Below, one piece after another: positions 33,883 to 43,018 of a DNA stretch of 64,000 nt. The stretch is from an uncultured Pelagibacteraceae bacterium. GTDB taxonomy: Bacteria > Pseudomonadota > Alphaproteobacteria > Pelagibacterales > AG-422-B15. The stretch covers positions 5,708-69,707 of the forward strand of contig CACIRX010000005.1 of NCBI GenBank assembly GCA_902589175.1. The letters are read 5' to 3'. Each line of letters begins with the position of its first letter. The first letter of the stretch is position 1. The notes under the pieces were generated by a model that did not search any database, had not been told where the DNA came from, and worked only from the letters and a program-made list of their open reading frames with translations. The translations under genes and the position numbers were made by a program.

Positions 33883-34413
33883 ATGTTATTTCAGAATAAA
33901 GACAAATCAATAGAAAAAATTTATCAGAATATCGTTGAAATATCGAGATCAAAATTTTTATATATTGATCATGATCTTGACGACACATTCGAAACAAGAT
34001 TTGATTTAATTATCTTTCATTCTTTTATTATCTTCTATTTTTATAAAAGTAAGAAAATTAGTAAGTCTAATGTTGCACAAAATCTTTTTGATTATATGTT
34101 TAATGATTTTGAAAATAATCTTAGAGAAATGGGGTTTGGCGATATAGCGGTTAATAAAAAAATGAAAAATTTTATAAGAGCATTTTATGGCAGATTATCG
34201 CAGTATAGTAAGGGTATAGATATTTTAAAAAATGAAGGTGATAAAACATTGATTGAACAAACAATCTTAAATAATATCTTTAAGGGTAAAGTTATAAATC
34301 AAAAAAGTTTAAATATGTTTGTAAATTATATGATTAACAATATTAATAACTTTGAGAGTATGTCAGAAAGTATAAATTTAAGAAGTAACTTTAAATTTTT
34401 GGACTTCATTTAG
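33883..34413 (+). CDS. Ubiquinol-cytochrome c chaperone (Cbp3 family)
   Basis: SR...Y, DTFETRFD, LREMGFGD.AV.KKMK and AFYGR motifs. Start re-placed at ATG 33883. Confidence 0.88.
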   Translation: MLFQNKDKSIEKIYQNIVEISRSKFLYIDHDLDDTFETRFDLIIFHSFIIFYFYKSKKISKSNVAQNLFDYMFNDFENNLREMGFGDIAVNKKMKNFIRAFYGRLSQYSKGIDILKNEGDKTLIEQTILNNIFKGKVINQKSLNMFVNYMINNINNFESMSESINLRSNFKFLDFI

Positions 34414-34417
34414 TATT

Positions 34418-35455
34418 TTGAAAAAAAAATTTAAATTAGCTGTTGATATGTTGGGCAGTGAAACAGAAACCCACCAAATACTTAAAGGGCTAGAGCAATC
34501 TTTATTAAGGAATATAAATTATGAATTTTTTTTATTTGGAAATAGAAATTCGATATCAGACATTCTTAATAAATTTAAAAACTTAAAGAATTCTTCTGAA
34601 ATAATTGATTGCTCGGATAGTATATCTATGGATGATAAGCCATCTGAAATCATTAAATCGAAGAACTTGTCTAGCATGTATCAAGCGATTAAGTCTGTTG
34701 AAGAATATAAATCAGACGCAATACTCTCTATGGGTAATACAGGCGCGTTGATGACACTTTCCTTGCTGAATATCAAAACTATGCCCGAAATAAAACGTCC
34801 TTCTATTGCATCTATTTGGCCAAATATGAATGGAGAGTCAATTGTTTTAGATCTTGGGGCTAACACTAAATTAAGTGCAAAATATCTTATAGATAATGCA
34901 ATACTAGGTTCTAGTTTGGCTAAAATATTATTTAAAATAAATAAACCATCTATTGGCATATTAAATGTTGGTACTGAGGATAATAAAGGAAATGATGAAA
35001 TTAAAAATGCTTCAGATAGATTGAGAGAATTGGATAAAAAAGGGTTTATAAACTATTATGGATTTATAGAGGGTAATGATATTTCTATTGGAAGAACTAA
35101 TGTAGTTGTTACGGATGGATTTACTGGAAATATCGCGCTGAAGACAGCTGAGGGAACTGCAAAATTATATCAAAGCCACCTAAATTCAGCTTATCAAAGT
35201 TCTTTTATTTCAAAATTTGGATATTTGTTGTCATCAATTGCACTTAAATCCGTTAAGGAGAGGCTTGATCCAAGAGTTCACAACTGTGGAATATTCATGG
35301 GATTAAACGCTTTGGTAGTTAAGTGTCATGGACAATCTGAATTTAAGGGCATTTCATATGCCTCAGATATAATTTACTCATTACTTGAAAATGATGTAAA
35401 CGAAAAAATAAAGAAATACATGATAGAAACTCATAGCGAGATAGCTATTAAATGA
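34418..35455 (+). CDS. plsX: Phosphate acyltransferase PlsX
   Basis: GNTGALM, RPSIA, LDLGAN, LNVGTE..KG, VVTDGFTGNIALK..EG and VKCHG motifs. Confidence 0.93.
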   Translation: MKKKFKLAVDMLGSETETHQILKGLEQSLLRNINYEFFLFGNRNSISDILNKFKNLKNSSEIIDCSDSISMDDKPSEIIKSKNLSSMYQAIKSVEEYKSDAILSMGNTGALMTLSLLNIKTMPEIKRPSIASIWPNMNGESIVLDLGANTKLSAKYLIDNAILGSSLAKILFKINKPSIGILNVGTEDNKGNDEIKNASDRLRELDKKGFINYYGFIEGNDISIGRTNVVVTDGFTGNIALKTAEGTAKLYQSHLNSAYQSSFISKFGYLLSSIALKSVKERLDPRVHNCGIFMGLNALVVKCHGQSEFKGISYASDIIYSLLENDVNEKIKKYMIETHSEIAIK

Positions 35456-35511
35456 GTAAAAAAAGTAATTAATGTATTGTTATAAGTTGTTAATTTAATA
35501 TAATTTTTCCT

Positions 35512-35829
35512 ATGGAAAAGACAACAACAAGATCAACTCTTAGTGAAGCTGTGTTCAAGAATGTTGGTCTTTCAAGAAATGAGTCTGCTACACTTGTAGA
35601 CTCAGTTTTTACTGAAATTCTTAAAAGTTTAATACAGGGTGATGATGTAAAGATTTCATCATTCGGAACTTTTGTTGTAAGGCAAAAAAAAGAAAGAATT
35701 GGTCGTAACCCAAAGACCGGGCAAGAAGTTCCAATCACCGCTAGAAGTGTAGTTACTTTTAGAGCCTCAAATGTTTTAAAGTCTAAGGTGAACAGTAAGA
35801 ATAAAACTAATGTTAGGGAATTTAATTAA
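35512..35829 (+). CDS. ihfA: Integration host factor alpha subunit
   Basis: [15 protein letters not shown] and [13 protein letters not shown] motifs. Confidence 0.95.
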   Translation: MEKTTTRSTLSEAVFKNVGLSRNESATLVDSVFTEILKSLIQGDDVKISSFGTFVVRQKKERIGRNPKTGQEVPITARSVVTFRASNVLKSKVNSKNKTNVREFN

Positions 35830-36251
35830 TGAGCACAAAGTCGCCAGAAGCATTTAGAACTATAAGTGAAGTATCCAAAGACCTTTCCTTGCCCCAACAT
35901 GTTCTTAGATTTTGGGAAACTAAATTTGTTCAGATCAAGCCAATCAAAAGAGGTGGCGGTAGAAGATATTATAGACCTGAAGACGTAAGGTTATTAAAAG
36001 GTATTAAAAGTATGTTGTATAATGACGGCTATACTATTAGAGGTGTCCAGAAGGTAATAAAAGAAAATGGTACAAAAAAGTTACTGAAATCAGAAAATGA
36101 AAATAAAGTCTTTACAGAAAATAAAAAAAATAATAATGACTCATCATTACATGATAAAATACCTCATTATTCAATCAATGAGTCAAAAAGAAAAAAACTG
36201 ATGAATGTATTAGATGATTTAATTTCTCTTAAAAAGAAACTGGATAATTAA
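35829..36251 (+). CDS. MerR-family HTH regulator (ihfA-linked)
   Basis: [30 protein letters not shown] and GYTIRGV motifs. Confidence 0.92.
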   Translation: MSTKSPEAFRTISEVSKDLSLPQHVLRFWETKFVQIKPIKRGGGRRYYRPEDVRLLKGIKSMLYNDGYTIRGVQKVIKENGTKKLLKSENENKVFTENKKNNNDSSLHDKIPHYSINESKRKKLMNVLDDLISLKKKLDN

Positions 36252-36254
36252 GAT

Positions 36255-36446
36255 ATGGCAAAGAAGTCTACTGTTAAAGTCCGTCTTGTGCCAGAGGAGA
36301 AAGCTGATAGTAAGTTTTATTATTATGCAAAGAAACCTACTTCTGGTCTGAAGGCAAAAGATAAGTTAAGGATGAAGAAGTATAATCCGGCAACCAAAAA
36401 ACATGAATGGTTTGTAGAGAAGAAACTTCCACCTCATAGTAAATAG
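36255..36446 (+). CDS. rpmG: 50S ribosomal protein L33 (Zn-independent, extended)
   Basis: MAKK..VKVRL, FYY..K and KL.MKKYNP..KKHEWFVEKK; basic 63 aa; no CxxC. Confidence 0.85.
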   Translation: MAKKSTVKVRLVPEEKADSKFYYYAKKPTSGLKAKDKLRMKKYNPATKKHEWFVEKKLPPHSK

Positions 36447-36740
36447 TTATTTTTTAAAATTTTTTTTCTCAAAATTTATAAAATTTTTAATTATTGATAC
36501 CCAAATATCACTAATCAATTTTGGATTCGCACCAAGTTTTTTTGCTTGATTTGAAACTTTCTTTTTAATTTCATTTATCCTTTTTGTATCGATAATATCT
36601 GATTTTCTTGTTTTAAGACTAAGTGCTTTGTTTACCAATTCAGATCTCTTAACCATCAATGGTAAGATCTTAGAATCAATTTTGTCGATCCTTTTTCTTA
36701 CCTCTTTCATCTTGGAAGAGTTATTTTTTTTTCTTATCAT
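36447..36740 (-). CDS. Chorismate mutase type II (AroQ) domain protein
   Basis: VRKRIDKID.KI..L...R...V pattern; 97 aa, helical. Confidence 0.82.
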   Translation of the reverse strand: MIRKKNNSSKMKEVRKRIDKIDSKILPLMVKRSELVNKALSLKTRKSDIIDTKRINEIKKKVSNQAKKLGANPKLISDIWVSIIKNFINFEKKNFKK

Positions 36741-36931
36741 CTTTTTTTAAACGGCTTTAAAATATACATTGCAGGGAAAACCCAGATAATACCCAGTATA
36801 AAGTAAACAATAAATTCTAATAGCCAATGATTAAAGTTGATTTTAATTAAAAAAGCCATAACTAATATACAATACAAAAACATCATAAGTATAAAGATAA
36901 TAATACTTAGTAGTTTTTTTGTTTTTTGCAT
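36737..36931 (-). CDS. DUF2842-like small two-TM membrane protein
   Basis: KKL...Y...W....Y.ILGI.W..P pattern; divergent from ctaA. Confidence 0.65.
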   Translation of the reverse strand: MQKTKKLLSIIIFILMMFLYCILVMAFLIKINFNHWLLEFIVYFILGIIWVFPAMYILKPFKKR

Positions 36932-36955
36932 AATTAATATTTAATAATTTAAATT

Positions 36956-38008
36956 ATGAAAATCAATACAATTTCAATTTGGCTCTTATCTCTTATAGTT
37001 GCTATTTGTGCGATTATACTTATTGGGGGGTATACAAGAATATCTGACTCCGGCTTATCGATAACAGAGTGGTTACCTGTTACAGGCGTGATGTACCCAT
37101 TAAGCAATTACCAATGGCAAGTAGAATTCAGTAAATACCAACAAATTGATGAATTCATGCTTGTGAATAGCACTATGACACTAAATGAATTCAAAGTAAT
37201 ATATTTTTGGGAATGGTTTCATAGATTTTTTGCCAGGTTGATAGGCGCACTGTACTTAATACCTCTAATTTATTTGTTAATTAAAAAAAAAATTCACAGA
37301 AGTTACCAATTAAGAATATTCTCAATCGGATTTCTCTTGGGCGTACAAGCCGTCATTGGTTGGTATATGGTAAAAAGTGGCTTAGTTGGGAGAATTGATG
37401 TTAGTCAATATCGTTTAGCAATGCATCTTACTATGGCTTTTGTTATTTTAGGTATTACTTTTCAAACGCTCCTAGATACTAATATGAAATATATCAGTAA
37501 CAGAAAGTTTTATTATAAACCAGGAAATGCATTTTTATTTTTATTATTATTTTTATTTATTTTCTTACAAATTGCCTATGGTGCTTTTGTTTCAGGTACT
37601 CACTCAGGGTTATTATTTAATACTTGGCCAATGTATGATGGCAATATTTTTCCTTTAATAGAAAACAATCTTTTGAGTGGTTTTGTTAATTTTTTTGAGA
37701 CAAGAGAATACATAATCTTTGTTCATCGAACATCAGCATTATTAATTCTCTTATTAGTTATATATTTAAATTATATTTTATATAAAAAAAATGGCGCCAT
37801 TAGTAAAAGTTATTTATTACTAGCATTCAATTTTACTTTTATATTGCAAATTCTGCTTGGAGTTATGATGACTTTTCAAAATATCCCTTGGCATTTAGCA
37901 CTAGCTCATCAGGGGAATTCAATTATTTTATTTTTGATTTCACTATCAATGTGGATGTTAAGTAAAAAGTCTCTTCAAAAAAATTTTAATGAAGAGACTT
38001 TAAGTTAG
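36956..38008 (+). CDS. ctaA: Heme A synthase (COX15/CtaA)
   Basis: GG.TRI.DSGLSITEW, WEWFHR, GWYMVKSGL, RLA.HL, HR and HQ motifs. Confidence 0.94.
   Translation: MKINTISIWLLSLIVAICAIILIGGYTRISDSGLSITEWLPVTGVMYPLSNYQWQVEFSKYQQIDEFMLVNSTMTLNEFKVIYFWEWFHRFFARLIGALYLIPLIYLLIKKKIHRSYQLRIFSIGFLLGVQAVIGWYMVKSGLVGRIDVSQYRLAMHLTMAFVILGITFQTLLDTNMKYISNRKFYYKPGNAFLFLLLFLFIFLQIAYGAFVSGTHSGLLFNTWPMYDGNIFPLIENNLLSGFVNFFETREYIIFVHRTSALLILLLVIYLNYILYKKNGAISKSYLLLAFNFTFILQILLGVMMTFQNIPWHLALAHQGNSIILFLISLSMWMLSKKSLQKNFNEETLS
37964..38003 (-). terminator. Hairpin inside the ctaA 3' end; probable terminator for the convergent metY, possibly bidirectional
   Basis: Perfect 12-bp inverted repeat AAAGTCTCTTCA (37966-37977) / TGAAGAGACTTT (37990-38001) with an A-run at 37964-37968. 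Confidence 0.6.
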
Positions 38009-38009
38009 A

Positions 38010-39323
38010 TTATGCCGCGTCTAAAGCATTCTTTAGGTCTTCGATGATATCATCGATATGCTCTATTCCAATCGAAAGTCTCACATAACTAGGATTTACT
38101 CCAGCTGCTTCCATATCATCATCTGATAGCTGAGAGTGGGTTGTTGATGCTGGGTGAATGGCTAAGCTTCGAGCATCACCAATATTTGCAACATGATAGA
38201 ACATATTTAAATTATTTATGAACTTTTCACCACTCGCTTTACCGCCTTTAAGTTCAATACCACAGAGTGCCCCATGACCTCCCTTTAGGTATTTGTTTGC
38301 TCTTTCACCAGCTTCACCTTCATCAAGACCAGCATAGATTACTCGTGAAACTTTATTATGTTTAGATAGATACTCAGCCACCTTTGCAGCATTAGAGCAA
38401 TGCTTTTCCATTCTCAAAGATACTGTTTCTAAACCTTGAATTATTTGAAATGCACTTTGTGGTGGTAGAGCTGGACCTAAGTCTCTCAACCCCACAAACC
38501 TAGCTCTCACGATGTAAGCGATCGGACCAACTGCTTTTGCAAATTCTGTCCATATCATACCATGATAGCTTGGATCAGGGTTATTTAACATAGGTTGTCT
38601 TTTGGGGTCTTTAGCCCAATCAAATTTCCCACTGTCAACAATTATTCCTCCAATAGTAGTGCCATGACCGCCTATGAATTTAGTAAGTGAATGTACAACG
38701 ATAGTTGCACCATGCTCAATTGGCTTACATATTACAGGCGCTGCAGTATTATCTACAATTAGTGGTATATTGTATTCATCTCCTATATCTGCAACTTCTC
38801 TGATTGGAAAAACTTTTAGTTTTGGATTAGGTAAAGTTTCAGCGTAATACGCACGTGTATTATCATCTGTCATTTTTCTAAAGCTTTCAGGATCTGTAGG
38901 GTCAGCAAACCTAACTTCAATTCCTAAATCTTTCATTGTGTTAGCAAATAAATTCCATGTTCCACCATATAAATCTGTTGAACTAACAATATTATCCCCA
39001 GCTTTGACTAAATTTTGAATACTCAACATAGATGCTGATTGACCAGAACTAACACATAATGCTCCTACTCCACCTTCCATTGCTGCAACTCTTTTTTCAA
39101 GAACATCAACTGTAGGGTTCATTATTCTTGTATAAATATTGCCAAAATCTTTAGCTCCAAATAAGTTAGCTGCATGTTCAGTGTTATGAAACTGATATGA
39201 AGTTGTTTGATAAATTGGAACAGCTACTGACGTTGTAGAAGGGTCACTTCTGTAATCACCTCCATGTAATGCGATTGTTTCAGGGTTTACAGAATCTGCT
39301 GGATTAAATTTATTTTTTGCCAT
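38010..39323 (-). CDS. metY: O-acetylhomoserine aminocarboxypropyltransferase (sulfhydrylase)
   Basis: PIYQTTSY, GNIYTRIMNPT, DNT, HSLTKFIGGHG and ANIGDARSLAIHPASTTHSQL motifs. Start at ATG 39323 behind a GAGG SD. Confidence 0.93.
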   Translation of the reverse strand: MAKNKFNPADSVNPETIALHGGDYRSDPSTTSVAVPIYQTTSYQFHNTEHAANLFGAKDFGNIYTRIMNPTVDVLEKRVAAMEGGVGALCVSSGQSASMLSIQNLVKAGDNIVSSTDLYGGTWNLFANTMKDLGIEVRFADPTDPESFRKMTDDNTRAYYAETLPNPKLKVFPIREVADIGDEYNIPLIVDNTAAPVICKPIEHGATIVVHSLTKFIGGHGTTIGGIIVDSGKFDWAKDPKRQPMLNNPDPSYHGMIWTEFAKAVGPIAYIVRARFVGLRDLGPALPPQSAFQIIQGLETVSLRMEKHCSNAAKVAEYLSKHNKVSRVIYAGLDEGEAGERANKYLKGGHGALCGIELKGGKASGEKFINNLNMFYHVANIGDARSLAIHPASTTHSQLSDDDMEAAGVNPSYVRLSIGIEHIDDIIEDLKNALDAA

Positions 39324-39366
39324 TTTTTTACCTCTATTTCTATTTTCTTCGAGTTTCACAGCAAAC

Positions 39367-39397
39367 AAAAAAACCGCATCATAATACTATGTGCGGC
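39367..39397 (-). terminator. Intrinsic terminator in the metY leader (riboswitch expression platform)
   Basis: Minus strand GCCGCA-CATAGTATTATG-A-TGCGGT followed by a T-run. Confidence 0.75.
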
Positions 39398-39399
39398 TG

Positions 39400-39448
39400 A
39401 TGGCTTAGCTGTATAAGTCCGCAAGCTGTATTAAACTCGACAATATAT
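39400..39448 (-). ncRNA. SAM-II/SAM-V-like riboswitch aptamer
   Basis: Minus strand GUC-GAGUUU-AAUAC-AGCUUGC-GGAC-UUAUAC-AGCUAAGC shows the SAM-II hallmarks (UUU, GCUUGC, GCUAA) in the right order, upstream of metY. Confidence 0.7.
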
Positions 39449-39545
39449 TGAATAACACTCTAAGACTTATGTAAAGCGTAATAATTTAAAAAGTATCATA
39501 ATACCAGTAATTAAATATATGAATTTATTATATAAATATATGTTG

Positions 39546-39574
39546 TTGACATATTTTACTGTATTCTCTAATAA
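39546..39574 (+). promoter_or_regulatory. Probable sigma70 promoter of rplM-rpsI
   Basis: TTGACA at 39546-39551 and an AT-rich -10-like element 16-17 nt downstream, just before rplM. Confidence 0.5.
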
Positions 39575-39582
39575 GCAACAAT

Positions 39583-40050
39583 ATGACTACATCTAAGATA
39601 CTAAAGCAAACAGCGTCTCTAAGAAAAGAAGACATTAAGAAAGATTGGCTCTTGATCGATGCAAAAGACATAGTCTTGGGCAGACTGGCTACAAATGTCT
39701 CAAATATTTTAAGAGGAAAGCACAAGCCCACGTATACGCCACATGTGGATTGCGGTGACAACGTTGTTATAATTAATGCTGAAAAAATTAAGCTTACAGG
39801 CAAAAAACTTGATGACAAAACTTATTACAAACACACTGGATATCCTGGAGGTATTAAGAGCATCAATGCTAGAAAGATATTAGAGGGAAAATTTCCAGAC
39901 CGGCTTGTAAGATTAGCTGTTAAGAGAATGATTCCTAAAGGGCCTCTAGGAAGAAAGCAGCTATCTAATATGAAAGTATATGTAGGAGATAAGCATCCAC
40001 ACGAGGCTCAAAATCCTAAAACATATAACATACGGGATGTAGTTAAATGA
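39583..40050 (+). CDS. rplM: 50S ribosomal protein L13
   Basis: [28 protein letters not shown] and HPHEAQ motifs. Confidence 0.98.
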   Translation: MTTSKILKQTASLRKEDIKKDWLLIDAKDIVLGRLATNVSNILRGKHKPTYTPHVDCGDNVVIINAEKIKLTGKKLDDKTYYKHTGYPGGIKSINARKILEGKFPDRLVRLAVKRMIPKGPLGRKQLSNMKVYVGDKHPHEAQNPKTYNIRDVVK

Positions 40051-40493
40051 ACGAAACCATGAATAACAATACTGAAGAAAATTTAGCTAAACCTGTATTA
40101 GATAATTTAGGCAGATCTTATGCAACAGGCAAAAGAAAGAATGCTGTAGCAAGAGTATGGATAAAAGATGGATCTGGAAAAATTGTAATAAACGGTAAGG
40201 ATGTAGATAAATACTTTTTAAGACCTGTTTTAAACATGTTAGTTCATCAGCCGCTTGAACTTACAAACAAAAAAATGAATGTTGACACAACAATTACAGT
40301 TAGTGGTGGTGGAATGTCTGGTCAGGCTGGTGCTGTCAGACATGGAATTTCAAAAGCTCTAACTTTGCTAGATCCAAACTTAAGACCAATCCTTAAAACT
40401 GAAGGTTTACTTACTAGAGACTCTCGAATTGTTGAAAGAAAAAAATATGGTAGACGTAAAGCGCGTAGACGTTTCCAATTCTCAAAAAGATAA
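40047..40493 (+). CDS. rpsI: 30S ribosomal protein S9
   Basis: ATGKRK.AVARV, GGG.SGQAGA.RHG and [17 protein letters not shown] motifs. Confidence 0.98.
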   Translation: MNETMNNNTEENLAKPVLDNLGRSYATGKRKNAVARVWIKDGSGKIVINGKDVDKYFLRPVLNMLVHQPLELTNKKMNVDTTITVSGGGMSGQAGAVRHGISKALTLLDPNLRPILKTEGLLTRDSRIVERKKYGRRKARRRFQFSKR

Positions 40494-40531
40494 TTTTTTT
40501 CAAACTTCTATTTTAAAACTAAAAATTAATT

Positions 40532-41542
40532 ATGAAAAACGTAGCTATATTAGGTGCTAGTGGTTTTGTAGGACAAGAAATAATCAAAATTTGCCTCAAC
40601 CACCCCCATGTTAAGATTGTTGCTTTATCTGCAAACAAGTCTGCAGGTGAGACAGTTCAAATCCATGACTCGGTTGGTATACAAGCACCACTCAAATACG
40701 AAAGCTATGAGGACATAAATTTTAGTAGCATTGATTATGTATTTAATTGCTTGCCAAATGAAAATCTTCACAAAAGAAGCGATCTATTGAATTCAGATGT
40801 CAGTATAATTGACCTTTCAGTTGATTTTAGACTTGATGATAAAAATGATTATGAGAACTGGTATGGCTTTAAACACGGCAACTTTGAGGTAAACGATGAA
40901 TTCCAATATGGCTTAACAGAGTTTAATAGAAATAAGATAAAAAAATGTAAACATATTGCAAACCCTGGCTGCTATGCAACTAGCATCTTAATCCCACTAA
41001 TTGAATTGATAAAACAAAATGCAATTAAAACCGATGATATCGTTATTGACTCAAAATCAGGTTACTCAGGTGCAGGTAAAACAAAGGGAAAAAAAGAGTT
41101 AATTAAGGAAGTAAATGAAAATATCAGAACCTATGGTATTGGTGACCACAAACACATAGCTGAAATAAACCAAGAACTAAGTAAAATCAAAAATATTCAA
41201 ACTGAAGTTTTTTTTGCGGCTAATATATTACCTGTTGAAAGAGGTATTTTGAGTAACATATATATTGACACAAATGAGGTATCTCAAAATGATATTTACG
41301 ATATATTACAAAAAAGATTTAATGATGAGCATTTTATACAATTGCTACCAATGAATGAAATTCCTTCCTCTAGGGAAGTAGTTGGTACCAATAATTTAGT
41401 CATAGGATTAAAAAAGGGATATAAAGAAAATAAATTATGTATTGTTAGTGTTTTAGACAATTTGGTAAAAGGAGCTGCTGGACAAGCAGTGCAAAATTTT
41501 AATCTTATGAATGATTATGATGAGAGGTTAGGACTGGAATGA
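40532..41542 (+). CDS. argC: N-acetyl-gamma-glutamyl-phosphate reductase
   Basis: GASGFVG, IIDLS.DFRL, ANPGCYAT, SGYSGAG and DNLVKGAAGQAVQN motifs. Confidence 0.95.
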   Translation: MKNVAILGASGFVGQEIIKICLNHPHVKIVALSANKSAGETVQIHDSVGIQAPLKYESYEDINFSSIDYVFNCLPNENLHKRSDLLNSDVSIIDLSVDFRLDDKNDYENWYGFKHGNFEVNDEFQYGLTEFNRNKIKKCKHIANPGCYATSILIPLIELIKQNAIKTDDIVIDSKSGYSGAGKTKGKKELIKEVNENIRTYGIGDHKHIAEINQELSKIKNIQTEVFFAANILPVERGILSNIYIDTNEVSQNDIYDILQKRFNDEHFIQLLPMNEIPSSREVVGTNNLVIGLKKGYKENKLCIVSVLDNLVKGAAGQAVQNFNLMNDYDERLGLE

Positions 41543-41736
41543 GAAAAAAAATAATAATTATTTTTAATTTATTTTTATTTATATTTACTTTCAATGCCTG
41601 CTCATCAGTAAAAAATTTTTCTTTTTATGAGTTTTTTATCAACCCAAATGCTGCAGAATTAATTTTAGATGATCAAGAAAATGCTCAGAAACCAGATTTA
41701 GAGAGCGTACCAGAAAAGGTTGAAATCGATGAGTAA
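41539..41736 (+). CDS. Small hypothetical lipoprotein
   Basis: Basic N-terminus, hydrophobic stretch, lipobox FNAC and acidic tail; overlaps both neighbours. Confidence 0.6.
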   Translation: MRKKIIIIFNLFLFIFTFNACSSVKNFSFYEFFINPNAAELILDDQENAQKPDLESVPEKVEIDE

Positions 41737-43018
41737 AACTTATGGTGTCGGAATTGCAGGATTTGGAACAGTTGGATCGGGATTTCTCAAACAATTAAAA
41801 AATTTTAAAACACCCTCGCAAAAAACTGCAAATATCAATGTAATTAAAATTGCTGTTAAGAACTTAAGAAAAAAAAGAAGTTTATCAGTTAAGTCTCTAC
41901 CGTTAACAACTGATACAATGTCATTAGCAACAAATGACAATGTAGATATTTTAATTGAGCTCATTGGTGGCTCAAAGGGAATAGCATATAACGTTGTTAA
42001 AAAAGCACTCCAAAATAAAAAACATGTAATTACCGCTAATAAAGCTTTGCTTGCAGTACATGGAAATGAATTATCTAAAATTGCTGAACAAAATAATGTT
42101 TGTCTCAATTATGAAGCAGCTATTGCTGGCGGTATACCAATTGTAAAAGCTGTAAGAGAAAATTTGCGACTTAATAAAATAAACAAAATTTATGGTATTC
42201 TGAATGGTACTTGCAACTACATTTTAACAAAGATGGAAAACAATGCGGGAGATTTTAAAAATGTATTAAATGATGCTCAAAAAAAAGGTTTTGCTGAGTT
42301 AGATCCAACATTTGATATTCAGGGTATTGATGCAGCTCATAAGATCACATTGTTATCAAGTATTGCTTTTGACATTCCTGTAAATTTTAAAGCTACTTTT
42401 ATAGAAGGTATTACTAAGATTGATAAATATGATTTTGTTTTTGCAAAAGAATTAGGATACTCAATAAAATTGTTATCAGTTGCTTCTAAAAAATTAAGTA
42501 AGATCGAACAAAGAGTTCATCCTTGTTTTGTTAAACTAAAATCGGATATTGCAAAAGTGAGTAATGAGATTAATGCTGTAGTTGTAAATGACTCAGTAAT
42601 TGGAAAAAATATTTTTGAAGGCCCTGGTGCTGGAGCTGGACCAACGGGAGCCTCTGTTATGTCAGACCTTATGGACATTATAAGAGGTACTTATAATTAT
42701 CCATTGGGCGTATCAATGAAAAAGAAAAAGAAGTTAAAAATCCAGAAAATTGATGATTTGTCATTCCCATATTATTTAAGAATTACTGCCAAAGATAAAG
42801 CCGGGGTAATGGCAAAAATTTCAAAAGCTCTATCAAAAAGAAAAATTTCGATTGAAAGTATAATTCAAAAGCCATCGAAAAGGTCAAATTTTGCTGAAAT
42901 TATTTTGATAACTCACAAAGTTAAAGAATCTTCGCTTTTATCATCTATTAAGCAGATAAAAAGATTACCAGAAGTAAGCTCATCTGTTAAATTTATCAGA
43001 ATTGAAGATTCGTTATGA
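41729..43018 (+). CDS. hom: Homoserine dehydrogenase
   Basis: GFGTVG, VITANKA, YEAAIAGGIP, GILNGTCNYIL, GPGAG and a C-terminal ACT domain. Confidence 0.96.
   Translation: MSKTYGVGIAGFGTVGSGFLKQLKNFKTPSQKTANINVIKIAVKNLRKKRSLSVKSLPLTTDTMSLATNDNVDILIELIGGSKGIAYNVVKKALQNKKHVITANKALLAVHGNELSKIAEQNNVCLNYEAAIAGGIPIVKAVRENLRLNKINKIYGILNGTCNYILTKMENNAGDFKNVLNDAQKKGFAELDPTFDIQGIDAAHKITLLSSIAFDIPVNFKATFIEGITKIDKYDFVFAKELGYSIKLLSVASKKLSKIEQRVHPCFVKLKSDIAKVSNEINAVVVNDSVIGKNIFEGPGAGAGPTGASVMSDLMDIIRGTYNYPLGVSMKKKKKLKIQKIDDLSFPYYLRITAKDKAGVMAKISKALSKRKISIESIIQKPSKRSNFAEIILITHKVKESSLLSSIKQIKRLPEVSSSVKFIRIEDSL

Noticed and set aside
39324-39368. N-terminal extension of metY, or a second tandem SAM-V aptamer after the terminator
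   Set aside because: A GAGG SD supports ATG 39323, and I could not find a second set of SAM-V hallmarks in this stretch.
39441-39450. Palindrome CAATATATTG resembling an NrdR-box core
   Set aside because: Flanks do not match, it overlaps the riboswitch 5' end, and such AT palindromes are expected by chance.
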